From contig JABANN010000056.1 of the NCBI GenBank assembly GCA_013115125.1, positions 1 through 64,000 of the forward strand: a stretch of 64,000 bases of DNA. The letters run 5' to 3'. Below the pieces are notes generated by a model. It had not been told where the DNA came from. It did not search any database and saw only the letters and a program-made list of their open reading frames with translations. The stretch is from Perkinsus olseni. Its lineage: Eukaryota. The position numbers were made by a program, and so were the translations under genes. Shown here piece by piece: positions 37,082-53,722 of this stretch. How positions within the stretch are numbered: the stretch's first letter is position 1; each line of letters begins with the position of its first letter.

Positions 37082-40000
37082 TCACAAACCATCTGGATAC
37101 CTGTTGAGAAGGGAGGGGACGCATACGGTGAGTACAGGAGCCCTGAGGCCGCTCGCCTTGATTTAGTGAGCCAGGGGTGCTGCAGCGCTTCCCGAGCGGT
37201 AGGCCTCAAGTTGGGATCGAGTTGGAGACACTGGGTGATGAAGTCGAGGAAAGCCTCATCTTTCGTGCCTGGTGGTGGTCGCATCCCAGGGCGGAATGAG
37301 ATGCTCCGCAGTAATGAAGCCTACGCATGCGTTGGTGTAGACTAGTCTCCTTGGGGACGAGTATTTGCAGTACGCGAGGCGCCGCTGATGGCGAAGGGTG
37401 CTGACGGTTATCTATGATGCTGCTTGATGCCAACAGTATCAAGAGTTGGCCTTCTTACCCCATGATGCTGATCTTGAGATATTCATTTCCTTCATACCAT
37501 TAGTTGGCAGATGCTCCATGTAGATTTGACGATCACGGGTGAAATAACGTGGTATGAGCCTGAGCAAGAGGACTGTCTTCGGAATCCACAGTGCCCGATG
37601 TTACTTTCCCAGCCGCATCATATGCTCTGGGAAGGGCCCGATGATACCGACGACGCGAGCGAGGAGACTCTGGATCTGATGAGGCGACACGTACGGTTTA
37701 TGTTGAATAAATCATCTACTGCTTACCGAATCATTCTGAAACAGAACAGTTGAAGTCCAGAGCTCAGAAACTATGCAACCAAGTGACCAGATGTCAATCG
37801 ACGTATCGTAGGACAGTCCCAGGATGACCTAAAGTATCGTAATAAGCTCAAAAATCGGCGGAGCGAAGCGGTACTGACCTCTGGGGCACGATAACATCTG
37901 CTCTGGATGTAAGTAGCCAAATGATCAGTGATGAAACAGCTGCTACCAAAGTCGATAACCTGGGTAGAGGGAAGCCTACAAGTTCGAAGGGGGGCGCCAT
38001 TGGATGGCACCTTCACGGAAGCGGTAGTGTAGCTCTGCAGCAGGATATTTTCTGGCTTCAAGTCGCAATGCATGAGGCCCATGGAGTGGATGTACTCCAA
38101 GGCTGTGAGTACCTGTAGGACTAGGTAACTCACATTGCAGGAGACGGTGGAGAGGTCAGGGAAGTGAACGGGAAGTCGTCTACCCCCAAGCTGAGTCCGG
38201 TCTACCCTATGCCTCCGACGGCTGGGGGTCCTAACCTACTTGATGCGTAATCTTCTGTAGCCGTCCAATGGTGAAGTACTGGGACGCGGGGGCTTGGTCC
38301 TAAGGCAGAAGTTCATCGGAGACAACGAGCTCGCCTCAGCGGCAAGATGAAGGTAAATACAAGGTAATTGAAAGTTTAGTACAGGTATCATCGCAGTGGG
38401 GGTACTGAGGGGGCTTCCAAAGGCGGGAACAGGCGGCAAGGGCTGGGTCGAATCTACCCGAGTGAGCTTGGAGAACTCGTATCTAGGCAGCACGAGCAAC
38501 GCGTGGTACTCGTACACCGATGGTCATCCTCACAAGTTGTCCCTTAGTAGCTCCGTCACAATAATAAGATGCTCCTTATGATAGAAATAATCGATCATTC
38601 TACGGTAGATTATGATGACAACGGGCAGCATGGTCCCTGAGGGAGATCTACCTCAGACACCTCGTCTTGTCGATGTCCCCATCTGGAGCGTTCAACTGCA
38701 GGAGACTGAGTAGTTTGATCTCATCCAAGCTCTGGTCGAAAAAATCCTTGTCGTTTTTAATAATTTTCATGCATACCTGATAACATCGAACCGCGATTCG
38801 CGACAGGACAGGTAGTGGGCGGTGAGTACATGCTGATTCAACCTCATATCCCACGCTTGGACAGCCTTGCTGAAGGCTGCTGACCCAAGAAAGCCCGTAA
38901 CTCTATATCTGCCACAACACACGGAGTCACTACCGTACCAACTAAGGCCCAAAGCCGACCCCTCTCGACCTTTAATTGAGCTACGCCCTCAGGCACTCAA
39001 AGCTATCAGATTTCTGCGCGAGTGTGTCGAGGGGATGATCATTGGTCCTCACCTCGCAGCGATGACCATGTTGGTGACAACCTGGAACTCCTTGGTCTCC
39101 TCGAACCCTGTCCTATTCCGCTCGTAGACCACGTTCAATGGTAGGACATCATACGTACCTTGCCAGGTGAATGGCAACTCAGTTGCGAGGATGGATGGAC
39201 CCACAGGATTCGACCCTGGGTGGTGTACGCATGGTCTTGCTCCCAACCGTCGGAATGGCTTCCAGCGAGGGCTCGCGATGCCTGGTGAAGGTCGGAGGAA
39301 AGCCAGCAGTAGGGGAAAGTATGGTACCATTTGAGCGGATAGAAGTCGTCTCTGCTCGCGGATCTTGGAGGGCCATAAATGAGGTTATTCCTGCGCCACA
39401 TGGCGGCATCGTGGCGAGCTGTGACCTCTGCCTTAACAACGGTTACTTCGTGAGCCCTACCGTATGCATCGTACCTGCTAGCAAGACACCGTGAGGGATA
39501 CTCGATAGAGTGGGGTTATAGCTCCCCGAGTCGCGCTGCTACACGGCACGGACCCATACACAAGACACACCTCAAGCTGATACGAGACTCCTGCTCGGAC
39601 TGCCCTCGATGAGCCGAACTGTCGACGACCCTCGGCGGCGACGGCGGCCTCTCCCTGGGAATGTCCGACTCCGCCGATGCTCCAAACGACGGACTTGGGG
39701 GCCTCTCTGGCTCGGAGCCTGAGGTTCGAGAGGGTCCACACTCGAAGGTATACTGGTGACGTGTATGCGGCAAAGCAGCACCTCCGAGAGGCAGCCCTGG
39801 AACAAGGCTTTCATCTCCAGCCGTACCCGAGGAACGGTCAGAGCTTCGTGATGCTGCAGGATCCTTGTCGATGGTGGAAGCAGCAGCAGAGTGTGCCTGT
39901 CGATGCAGCAGCATGTCATTCACATTGGCGCCAGAAGGGGCGAGAGAATGGCAGCGAGCAGCATTGCTTCTAGGCTAGAAGTTCTAGCGCTGGAGGAGAA

Positions 40001-41392
40001 GGCGAACTCGCAGCGAGTGGATGTGCCTGAGCGTTCACGTACCAAAAGCAGTTCATCATCATCCATTCCAGTGGGGGCCTCAGCTGATGGCTCGCGTCGA
40101 TCAAACGAGGAAGGCTGCCATGATGAAGTGACGACCAGGCACGGAGGCTCTGAGTGCACGTACATAGTCCTGGTGACCGGTCGAACGGCCAGCGCTGCGG
40201 CGCTCCTTCTGAGCTATCTCTCGCATAAGTTCACTCTCCTCCACATCACGCACACGATAGCCAGGGTCACGGTCATCGCGGTACTCGTCCCAATCACCCC
40301 ACTCATCCGGCGGCGGGTCCGGATACCCAGGAAGCCTTTGAGTTCACAGTATAATCACAACAGGAGGTCACATGCCTTACCGAGGAGCTCTCGGAGTGTA
40401 GTGGTCTGAGTGCTGTCCCTCCTGTAGTAAACCCAGAGTGATGCCACCGGAAGTGGGAGACCGCGGGCCTGAGGGAAGGATCGATAGTTCGAGTCAGGCA
40501 ACGCACCCAGCAGGCCTACAAGAGTCCTTGTCTCGGTTTCTGCCCATCAATACGTCCAGCGAGCCCGACCGATTGACCGTGGGAGTAACATCGCACGCGG
40601 AGGACGCTACGAGGTCATCGAGTCGTCTGTTAAGCTCCTCATCAGACTTCACAGTGCTGCCTGAGTGCATGACACGACCTCGGTGACGAGGTCTGGGGAA
40701 AGGCTAGCCTAGCGTGGGGATGCTCTCGAAGCTCACTCGCTAGGATATCCATAATCACGCCTTCGGCTGGTGCAGTCGCCGGCCTGTGACAACCCGTGGA
40801 CGAGGTCGTTCCGCCAGCGCCCAAGGTGGAGGGTGCGGTACTGTTCGGCGCTAGGATAGGAGACATGGACAGCGGAGCGGCGTCGGATGCCTCACCAGTC
40901 GTAAGTGCACAATGGTAGTGGCTGAGGGAGTGCGTCAGCAGCCTGAGGTTCTCATAGAATCTGTCCTCCACACTGAGCCCTCCCAAAGATGCTTCCTTCA
41001 TGCTTTCACCATGCTGGTCCCGAATTAGAGTGGCAGCTCGACGCAACTGGAAGGAAATATCAAGGCGACGAACACGGCGTGGACGTTGATTGAAAACCGC
41101 GATACGCGATACATGATACGCGGATGTTCAGCACGCCTAGGTGGTACCAAGTCCGCTGCTCCCTCGGAAGCCTTTCTAGCAGCTGGGCTCCTCATAGCAT
41201 TGAGAGTCCCCTGATCCGACACGAAGTCCGCTAGGGCGCTGAAGACCCCACCGGCGGCGGCTGTTGGGGGCACCGAAACTCTAAAAGGGAGAGCTTTGAA
41301 ACCCTTCAAGGTGAGTAGACGTAGTACGGTCTGCTCCCTGAGGTAGACGATCGAGGTGTAGCAGAAGCGACGGCCTCCGGCAACGCCGCCAT
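37082..41392 (-). CDS. DYRK-family CMGC kinase, plant-like (DYRKP-type)
   Basis: RTGFEETKEF (DH box), GSAAFSKAVQA, VCMKIIKNDKDFFDQSLDEIKLL, HCDLKPEN, IDFGSSCFITDHLATYIQSRCYRAPEV, LQLDPNLRPTAREALQHPWL. 5' exons are tentative. Confidence 0.9.
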
Positions 41393-41483
41393 CCCTTATT
41401 TCAGAAGCAGCCTAGCAAAGACTGGAGAGCGAGAAGTGGCTCCCTCCCTTAACGCAAAAGGTCCGACACAGAAAGAAGGTTCA

Positions 41484-42851
41484 TCACGCGACCCCCTCTT
41501 CCTCTGGCGGTTCTCGGTACCACCAAAATACTCCAGGCGGAGCGATGTAGACCTCGCCACCATTACGGTAGCGGAGTAGCTGTGCCATGACTGGGGCCTC
41601 AGTGGCAGAAGTGATACAACAGGAGACAAAGACCCCACCGGGCTTAACCTACGAGAGAGATTGAAAAACATAGCATGAGGACTGAGGTGTCGACCTTTGC
41701 CTCTAGTGAGAGGAGAGTGCCCACAGCAGCAGCTTCGGCCCTTCCCAGAGCCACCACGTCGGCCACGTCATCCGGCAGCTCGTCATGCCTCATGACCTTG
41801 GTGTCTGGCGGGCAGCCGTGTAGCTGGTCAAAATCACTGCTATCCTCATAGAGGAGTACATGCCTGATGCACAGAAGACTGAGCGTTGAGCGAGGGGAGC
41901 AGGCAAGCTATAAAGGCATCATCCCATCAATGCCACTATTCCTGGGGTATGCAATAAGCCCTACTGTGTCCGCGGATCCACCATCCCTGCCACCTCGCAG
42001 GAGTCCGATACGACGAGGATGGGCTGCTGTTCTTCCGGAGTGTACTTCTCCACGATGCGTATCTTTTCCGCCATACGACGCCAGACGCTATCAGAAGTGA
42101 CGTTGGGCAGAGCGTCCAACCAGTCACCGACTGGAAGCGTGTGAAGATGGACGTGAGCCGGTACTCCGAATGGGGTGCTGAGGATCCACTCCTGCATGCT
42201 CAGTTCCCAGCCGTATGCCTTCCCTAGCACGACGCATCAGTAGAGACTCTTGGCGACCATCCCTACCCATCCTGTTGGTGCAGTCAACGTCCTGTGAGCT
42301 GAAGCAAGCCTCTACTGCTCGGCCCAGTCTCAAGAGGACGCTGCTGGCGCCTCTCGAGGAGGACCCGTCCTCGGCGACACCGCGAGTGTGACCTGTAGTT
42401 CGTGTCCCGAGCCCCTCTTGAGCGGTGCTAGAATTGAGGCTCCTTAAAAGACTCGGCGTTCATCAAGCATGGGTGGAGCTACAGTAAAAAGTTGTTCGGA
42501 GAACTGAATCCTCCAGCTCTCACACTAGTGGACACGATTGTCATCTAGAATTTGCATGGTCGTAAGTCCTGGGCAGTGACCCAACTGAGCAGTATTGGGT
42601 ATACTAGTGGTACTCCCGTTTCCTATCGTGCATTTAACTACAATAATGCGCTACAAGGGAATCGTTTTCACTGATTGAGATCGCGTCGAACCGAAAAGAT
42701 GGTCAGGGCCCTCACCTATGATGCTGTCCAGCAACTCTACCGTGGGAGGCCCCCGCCAAACCCTCAGCTCTGACAAGAGAGAAGTCACCCCACCCGCTGC
42801 TGTTGTCGTGGCGACAAGGACTATGACGAGCACGGACCGCGGCATCACCAT
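41484..42851 (-). CDS. Secreted hypothetical protein with a degenerate class I methyltransferase-like C-terminus
   Basis: Signal peptide MVMPRSVLVIVLVATTTAAG. Final exon VKPGGVFVS...GVFWWYR resembles the C-terminal strands of Methyltransf_24-like proteins (weak). Confidence 0.45.
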
Positions 42852-43140
42852 GCAAGTACAGAAGAGTTATAGCGAACCCGGTGATACGGTGTAACCCTGG
42901 TAGTCGTAGAGATTGAAGACTTTACCAACAACAGTCGTGAAATTCACCCGAGTCGTCTGGCCTTAATTATCAAATTCAATGACCACCGCAATCAAATTAA
43001 GAGGAGGCAGCACTAGCGGAAAAAATAATATTGTGAGATGATACGCCCAGGAACCGGCAAGGGGCCATCACGAGCCCAAGCCCTCCTGATAACAGGTACA
43101 GTGGTACAGTGATGATCATCATCGTGGCGTAATGGTACGG

Positions 43141-46100
43141 CTAAGCCCAGGCGGCTGAGGGGAGGGGGATGCTCTCCTGAGGGTGGTTGTGGGAGTACGA
43201 ATGCGACCCAGGGGGAGGATGGAGGTCTCGGATCGGTCGTGGCGGAGTGGGTGGGCGAGCGCTGGTGATGGAGGCGTCCCAGTTAGGCCTGACCGTGTGA
43301 CTTCACAATCGAGAACAGCTCTTCCTAGACCTACTGCATCCGCCTTAGATGCTGCATGTCTGAGCCCGCTCCTGGCGGCGGTGGAGTGTCGTGAGCTCCG
43401 AAACCAATGTTGGCTCGGTCTACTGGATAGATGAGCTTGGGAACTATCGTTAGATCTCGGCGTATGAAGAGCAGTGCGCCTGATGAGTGGAACATGATGA
43501 TAAGAACAGCCACAGCGGTTACAGCCCTGACCTGCATTCTTGTGATGTCCGCAGTAGTCCGTGGCCGAGAACAGGGTGATGAGGCGACCATCAGCAAATC
43601 TCTCAAAGCCATCCATAACACACTCATGAGCTCTAATTATCATCGTCAAGGGGGCGTTCTCCTCTAGGAACTGCACCACTCTGAGGACAGGAGGCCCGCT
43701 GCAGCAGCAGGATAGATGGACCGCTCGTCTGCTATCCTCACCTATCCGGACCGAATTTAACGATATGACCCGAACCGTCGGGGTCCCTGGTCTCATTGGA
43801 GGTCACACCGAAGATGTCATCCGAGTCTGTTGGATCCGACCTGGCACCGTTATCGGATGACTTACTCTACGATGACTAGGTGACCATGAACCACCATAGA
43901 AGATCCGTCACTTGCTGATCGATCATGCTCATCGGTTGTTGCGCCACGACCAGAGGCCGCTCCAGTTTAGCTATTTGCTCGACCTGACCGACAAACGGCA
44001 AATGCAAGCCGTTGACGGAGTTGAGGATTTTCACCTTATCGATACTGCCACCAATGCCACCATGTATGCAGAGGATGCGGTCCTCTATGACCGCTCCACA
44101 GGGCATCCATTCAAAAACCTGAACGACTGCTGCACTGGAGACCTCATAGCCGTTCCTTACTTTGTTAAACCAGGCCCAGCTGCAGTTCGGGTCATTATCA
44201 ACATCATCCCTGAGACGCCGTTTACACTCATCTCTGAAACCATAGGAGGAGTTTATGGCGGGGTCCTCATGATTCCCTCTTATTAAATGGATTTGATTCG
44301 GGTATCTGCCACAACCTACTCCACCCTACTAAGAAGTCAGAAGGGGTCTACTCTATTTTCAAGGCGAGCAGAAGACAGATGGTCTCCAGAGAGAACAAGC
44401 CTCGATCGACGTAGTCCCCGAGGAAGAGGTAGTCCATCGTTTCAATGTCACCACCAGGACCGTCGGTGGGGGCAGCGTACCTAGCAGGCCTCAGCATTAG
44501 CCGCATAGGAGCACGATAATGCCGACCTTTGAAAGAGGCGCATCAGGTCCATGAATTGGCCGTGGATATCCCCATACACTTTAATGGGCGCTCGGAGCTT
44601 CAACACCTACCCTCAAGTTGATAACTGATAGCATGCGTTCAACGTAGACTCACCATGGGTTGCTTCCTCAACAACTGCAGCACGGATTTACACAACTGCC
44701 TCACTTCCGACGGCTGTAGTATAAACCTATTAGGGTCCACATCGGGCTGCCACGACTCTGGCCGTAGCAGTTGCTCGATCACCTGAAGGCCAGGAGAGCG
44801 ATTAGTCCAGGCGCAATAGTTCGTAAGTGTCCCTCAGTTCTTAGTAATAGCGATTAGCGATGATACGAGGCGACCGGGAAGCTTCGATTCGAGCCCACAT
44901 AGCCGGCCGCGGAACCCCTAGAAGCGACTCGGGCCAGTCTTGTCGGATGCTTCGGCAGAGAGATCATAAACAGCGGAGATGGAAGAACGAAGTCGCCGCT
45001 GCTGGCATTGCCATCGCCAGGCTTACAAAGTGATGTAAAGACCCCTCATCAGAGTTCAACTGTCGTGTCCTTGTTGGTGTTACAACAGGGCGTGACCCAG
45101 GCGGGCGTATACGTTTGGACTCCTCCCCGAGAGCATCTAGACCAACTTGATGTACCTGGGCAGTTGGGGTAGAATCACCCCCAACCGGAAGCATAGAGAT
45201 GTTCTTACCGTGGCCATGGAGTCCCTCTCACTAGCGATGTAGACTTTGTCAGCCAGTGCAGGGGCGCCGATGGGACCCCATGTCCCCTTCGACTGCTGCT
45301 GCTCGATACCCTCCCGTAGTGATGGAGACAGCGAGGACGATCGGCCCGATGACGGTGGCCTTGGCCCTTGGTACGCCTGAGGGCAGTGGCGACCGCTAGC
45401 AGGGACACAAATGCATCCTACGTAGTCCATCTGTTGCTGAGCCGCCATTGGTTGTTGTTGCGGTTGTTGTGGTACTCTAGCATCAGCCATAATAGCATCA
45501 TACCCCACAGCAGGCCCAGCTTCCTCATGCTGCTGCGCTGCCTCTGTCGCTGCTGCAGGAGGTGCCGCTGTTCGTGGCAGTACCAGTCCCAGAGCCTGCA
45601 CTTACGATCACCACCACTGCCGCCACCACAGTTACCTACCCTCTCAATGTCTAGTAGTTGCAGATCGTTGGTGGGAGCGGAGGGATGGACGTGATTAAAG
45701 CCGCCGTACCTTGAGGAGAGTACCTCGGGATTCACCTTCGGCCGAGCTGCTCACGTAAAGAGCAGAGGGCCCAGCATCCAAGTAGCATGCCGAAAGCGCT
45801 GCACGCTCGGGATCTCTCTCCACTCGCACTGCTCCGTGTCATAGACACAGGTCGCGAGTGAACGACTCACGTCGCCGGAGCGACCACCAACTGAATACAG
45901 AAAAGTACTACTGATGGCGTATGAGAATTCACACTCACCAATGATGAATTTAGTATGGGCAAAGACAGCAACATGCTGGAACCTGGGCTCGGGGGGCTCT
46001 CCCTTCTTAGTGGGAGCCTCGACCCAATCCCACCTACACTACGCCTCCGTACCAATGTACTTACACTACCACTACTACCTGCCGTCCCTGTGCTGGCGAA

Positions 46101-47547
46101 GGCCCCAGGCGTCACTAAGAGACTGATTGTCCGCCGTCCTCCCACCAAAGACCACCATCATCCCTGTTGCAGGGCCTTCGCGGCAAACGTCGGCTGAGTG
46201 ATAGGCCTACACAGGAAGACCTACACAGCTGCAGCAGAGGGGCTCTGGGGCAACGGAGAAATTGTCATGCCCCCGAGGGAACTGCCTGCAGGAGCCCTAC
46301 TCACCCTCGGCACTGGTGCTGGCTTCCCTCCTCCAACAGGATCCACTTTATTCCACAGAAACGGTGATCGGTCCACGTCCAGGATCCAAATGTCAGACAT
46401 AGTCTCCTGAAGTGAAGTGATCCCCTAACCAGCCACCCACCGTCCAATACGGAAGCCGTACAAATCTGGAGACGGTGGAATAACGGAGGAGATCCCGAGA
46501 CACGGAAGAGAGCGGGGCTGATTTCTATACTCTAATCGGCTAGCTTCCTCAGCATCATCCCATAGAGCACGCCACTCACCGTGCCATTATTGCCGCCGTA
46601 CACTATGAGCACTGGTTTGTGGAAGACCATCGTATGGCCGTATCTAGTGAGCACTGAGTAGCGCTCATCATCATCACCAGGCAGGTGCACTACCGTTTGC
46701 CCGGAGTCGGGCCTTTTCCTACTGGTATGGCCACCCATTCAGGTCTGTCCTCATCACGATAATCTAGAAGGTATCTACGCTAACATCATTACATGACGAT
46801 CAGAAGAGTGAAAGTTATGGTACAGATCATCGCTGCTTAGACTGCCTCCACCAGTGGCACCACCGAAAACTACCTGAACGACGAGCATATGGGAGCCGCA
46901 CGGGCGACCTCTCCTCGGTTGAGAGGCAGGAGTGCGGCCTACCAGCTGCATATGATCAACGCAAACAGCAGCATGGGCCGCCCTAGGACTCGGAGCAGAG
47001 GAATCTGTAGGCAATGTGGATTCCGTCTTCTGCCAGCTTCGACCTCGGATACCTTTCCGCATATCGACTCTCCTCCACATATTAGACTCGACATCGAGGA
47101 CGTAAGTGTCATCAGTTATATTGTACCTTATCATCGCAAACACTCGTCAGCAGCCGAGGACATGACACCGATCATTTTGAACTCCATTCGGGCCGGCATC
47201 ATCAGCCGTCAAGAACTCCCGTGGGCACTTTGCAGCAGCGCATCGAATGATGCAGCGCTCAATCGAACAAATTGGCGCGTGTACGGGCGGAACAGCGCGA
47301 AAACCGCCGCTCGAACAGAGTGCCTCCTTCCCTCTGGGAAGGATCCCGCATCCCTAGCGACATAGTAACACTGCTGCTTATCGTCAGAGATTCCAATCCC
47401 AGTACTCCATAGTTACAACTACTACTATTACCTTCCCGTATCGCCAGTAGCGCCACCGAAGAGCACCACTCGGGCTCCCCCAATGAGGGTGCAGGTGTGA
47501 CCAAAGCGTGGCAGGGGCACTTGGCCCATCTGCTGCTCGACTTCCAT
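43141..47547 (-). CDS. PPKL: Kelch-repeat PP1-like serine/threonine phosphatase (PPKL/BSU1 family)
   Basis: Kelch repeats PRFGHTCT...[23 protein letters not shown]. Catalytic motifs [50 protein letters not shown]-terminal RPPTPPR. Confidence 0.95.
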
Positions 47548-47749
47548 GAACCTTCAGCAGCAGCAGCTGTGGTCAAACTACTGTGCTAGTAGCAGCCCTG
47601 AACGATGGCATTGTCACACTCCGTATGCCCCATCCCTGACAAGCTCAGCACTAGAGTGGATATTGGAAGCCTCATAGGATTATGTGGAAGGAGCTTTGAC
47701 TGTAGTAAACAATGAAGAGCATTAACAAATCGGTTCGGTATTTCAAACT

Positions 47750-49149
47750 TCACAACTTGGCACGGACGCCCACCTCGCGAAGGACCTAAGGAAAGAATCG
47801 GTCGAGGACTCGTGGTGAGATTGAAAAAAGGAGGACAGCCAAGTTCCGATGTATCCCCGCCATTGCCGCTCTCCTCGGGCAAAGGTTGAAAACATTAGAC
47901 ACGAAACATACGGCCCTCTCTACAGTACTACCCCGAGAATAGTCTGTTGTTTCACAACACTGAGCTGAGCTTGGGACTTCACGAACAGTGAGCCTGTAAA
48001 CCTGAATAAACCAACAGACCTTTCTTCTCATACCACATTGCTGTCAAATACTGCCATCAATACAGCCAGTCCCGAAGCTGTCTATCATTGTTCCCCTGCA
48101 CAGTTAGGACAACGACCATGCACATCACATCCTATTCAGTGCTACCTAGGCGAGTCTCCTCTCCCCCGCCGGACTACTACCCGATGCCATTAACGCCCAC
48201 CCCTCCATCCTTGGTAGCGTCCCTCGATCGTGGTATGACCACGAGAGGGCCGTCCAATGTCCAAAGCATGTTGAAGCTACTGTTAGGCGACCAGCTTAAG
48301 CCCAACTCCTTAAGAGCCTGAAGAGGAGCTACCCAGACGATGGAAGAGAGGTCTCGCTCACCGAGTCAACTGCCTCGATGCTGGCTTGCGGTCTCGTAGC
48401 GTATTTGAACCCAACCTGTGCCCCTTCCTTGTAGGCCGCCTTCAAGGGATACTCAACGTCTGGTATAATCTAATGAATTCCAGCAGGGCAAATCAATAAC
48501 CGAGCCGAGATGTTCAATGGCATTCAGTCTATTAGGTGGAGTCAAAATCGGGCGCGCTCGGCACTACTACCTGTATATGCCTGTGTTTCTGGCTGAATCC
48601 AGACTCAGGCCCATGATTGAAGAACGCTACAGCCCTATCCCCTAGAGCTTGTAGTACTCTGTGAACTGCCTTGAAATCGGCCCAAGTGAGAGAATCATTC
48701 TGATTGAAATATAGCTTGGTCACCACCAGCAGGTGGCCAGGCATAACCGCATATTTATTAAGCAACAACCTATGACCAGTCTCTGCAAGGTCCCCAATAC
48801 ATAGACCTGGCTCATAAGGGGGTAGGAAGGGGTTCCTCTTGATAGCGCTAGATCCTTTAGGCTTCCACTTCAAATTCTCAGCGACTCTCACCCAGCCGCC
48901 CTCGACGGCCTGCTCGGTCGTCGGTACAGCGACCAAGGACCCACATTTCTTCGCTTTCTCCTGCTGTTCGCTTATCCTCTCACGAAGCTGATCATCCGAC
49001 AGACCGCTGAGAGGGTAGTCCTCATCAGGCACGCTGTTGATTCGCTGGTAATATAATACACCAACGATACCACTACATACTGTAACTGTAGCCGCCGTGA
49101 CCAGGGCACGGATATTCCTTGAAGAGATAGGACCAGAAAAGGGTGTCAT
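47750..49149 (-). CDS. ATP adenylyltransferase / Ap4A phosphorylase (APA1/2-like)
   Basis: NPFLPPYE...LLLNKYAVMPGHLLVVT...FFNHGPESGFSQKHRHIQ (HxHxQ). Later VNGIG|FTGSLFVK; spliced end VLREVGVRAKL*. Confidence 0.85.
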
Positions 49150-49501
49150 AGGAAAAGGTAATCAGTATCTTCACTAAAGGTATTAATCGGAGGACTCCGA
49201 GGACCCAGACTAACACAAAATTGAGGATCATCATAGATTGACAATTTAAATTCATATTATCAATGCAACTAGGATAATGATAAAAAACACGCCGAATCGA
49301 ATGGCTTCCGCTATGTCGTCCTATCTCCCCCTACCATCATGATCGATCGGGTCGATTGACCAAGGCTGCTGCAGGATGAGAGAAGAGCAAACCGACATCG
49401 GTGGTAGCCAATCCCTTATCAGATAACAATAGAGGTGAAAAATGAATATGTTGTTGCTTATGGCAGTGATGAGAGAGAATGGGAGAGGAGGGGAGGGTTC
49501 A

Positions 49502-51618
<2,117 letters not shown>

Positions 51619-51776
51619 GTGGAGTATGGCAATGGGAATACAAACGGCAAACCGGCAGAGCTGAGGAGGCACGCGCTCATCTGAGCAAACCCATCGCAAC
51701 CACACACGTTCACCGAAGAGAAGAAGAAAGCTGAGGTCCATCCAAGAGCTCAAGATACTCTTTCGAGCGGGGAGTC

Positions 51777-51790
51777 CGAAGCGCGCTTCG
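51777..51790. promoter_or_regulatory. Perfect 14-bp palindrome in the divergent region between MAPK and the ankyrin gene
   Basis: cgaagcgcgcttcg, flanked by agcgg...ccgct. Function is inferred only from position. Confidence 0.3.
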
Positions 51791-51944
51791 CTCCGCTAAT
51801 ATTTTGAGTTTTATTTGCGATTTTTCTTCTGGGTCTCCTGAATTGCCCTGCCAGAATCGTCTTCTATACGATAGATTCCCTCCTAGGAGCTCACCTGGGA
51901 TTCAGGAAAGGCAGCAGTCTATTGAACTCCTCCGTTTCTGTCGA

Positions 51945-53630
51945 ATGCCTTTCACAGAGGCCCGACAGCAGTACGCTACGACTGATGGAGTGGACCCCTT
52001 TGCTGGCGAACGATTCGTAGAAGGGAGAGACTGAGATAAGCTTGTGATGATGGTTCTGTTTTCAGGTATGGGCTGCCGCTAAGGGCGATATTGAAGCGGT
52101 GATCAGGCTGCATGCAGTAGAGAGAGCTGGCCTCGGACAGAGGGGAAGATACAGTCGTACTGCTCTGATAGAGGCGGCCCATTATGGCCATGGGGCTGTT
52201 GTCAAGTAAAGCCTTTACTCAATGCACAGGACTCTCGGGCTTCAGTGGGCCGCAGGTATCTTTTGTGCATGCGTGCAGATGTTAATGAGGTTGATGAGTG
52301 CGGAAGGACGCCCCTGATGCATGCCGCTTCCGAAGGGTACTTGTGGTGCGCCATCTCTCAGCAATGCACGGCCTTAGGCGCTTGGCCGTCTGTAAAATGC
52401 TCTTGGCCGTACCTGAGATAGACGTCAAAGCAAGAGATGTTGCAGAAGGCCAAACTGCTATTATGATGGCGGCCAAGGCTGGTCATGATGAAGTGGTAAT
52501 ATGGGCCCAGCTTGATAGGGAGTACAGGGGGATTCTCGAGAACAGGTAAAACTGATGCTAGAACGAGACAGGCTGGAGTACACTCATACTGAGCTGTTAT
52601 CGGAAGGTGTGTGCGAGGCTGTCGGAAAGGTCCTTGAAGAGAAGGCCTCGGCAGTAGTGCACCAGGTATGCTTTGGGTTCTGCGCTATAAGCAGTACCAG
52701 TGTTATGTACTAGATACTATTTGACGCGTGTGATAGGCAAATACCTGCTGTAGTAGGAGAGATTATCGGGAGGAAGGCCGCCAGTCGAGATCAACTCACA
52801 ATTGCCTTGTATCAGCATTTCCATACCACACTCAACGCAGTACGCTCTTTTCAAGGTGCTCCGTATGCCTGGGCAGGAAGGACGATCCGACCATAGCCAG
52901 GCTCCTCATACAAGGAGGGGCCGACGTTAATGGCGTGTTAGAGGCCACTGCTGCCTTTACTGTTGTGAGGTCTCCCATAGTTGAATCAAGCAGTGTGCCA
53001 GTGATACTTGCCGCAGCCATGGGCCATGGGGAGGTACTCCATTCAACCTACACCTCTGTGTGCATTCTGTGGATGCAGTTGCTGCGAGCTCTCTTGGAGT
53101 GCGGCGCTGATGTGGATAGAGTAGGCCTGACGCCGGAAGGAGTCCTCCCTTCGGGAGTGGAAGAGATCTCTTCTACCTGTAGGCGCAATGCTCATACATA
53201 GCATAGTAGTGGTGGGTTTAGGCACAGCAGTCAGCATAGCCATTCAGCTCGGCCGAGTAGAGTGTGTCAAGGTGCTGCTGGCCGCTGGGGCCTCGCTGGA
53301 TATCAGACGGCTGAGGCGCCTTCCTGGCAGTCTGCTGATTGACGCTGTCAAGAGTGGCCAGGCTGAGGTCAGTGCGCTGTACTCGCCGCCCGATAGCATC
53401 TCGCCTCCCTGCCTCTCAGTTGGTCGAACTGTTGGTGGGGGCGGGCTTGAAGGATATACAATGCGATATGGGAGGGCTCAAGGCCAGGGACCATGCTAAC
53501 CTGCTCGGACGTGATGAGGGCTGGTGCGTGTGTGGAGTCGTCCATGGGTCTGTCTAGGTCACCCGATGGCGAGGGAGATGCTCGATCTGCTCAGCTGTTG
53601 TTCTGGTAGTAAATGATGATGATGGTACAT
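51945..53630 (+). CDS. Ankyrin-repeat protein
   Basis: GQTAIMMAAKAGHDEVV, LLIQGGADVN, ILAAAMGHGE, TAVSIAIQLGRVECVKVLLAAGA. 3' end approximate. Confidence 0.8.
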
Positions 53631-53722
53631 GTCTTAACTGAAGGTGTCTGTGAATGATGAGGTTGTGTTGTGGGAGTATGTATGGGTATTGGAGTGAGCC
53701 TGTGTCAGTATACCTCAACACC

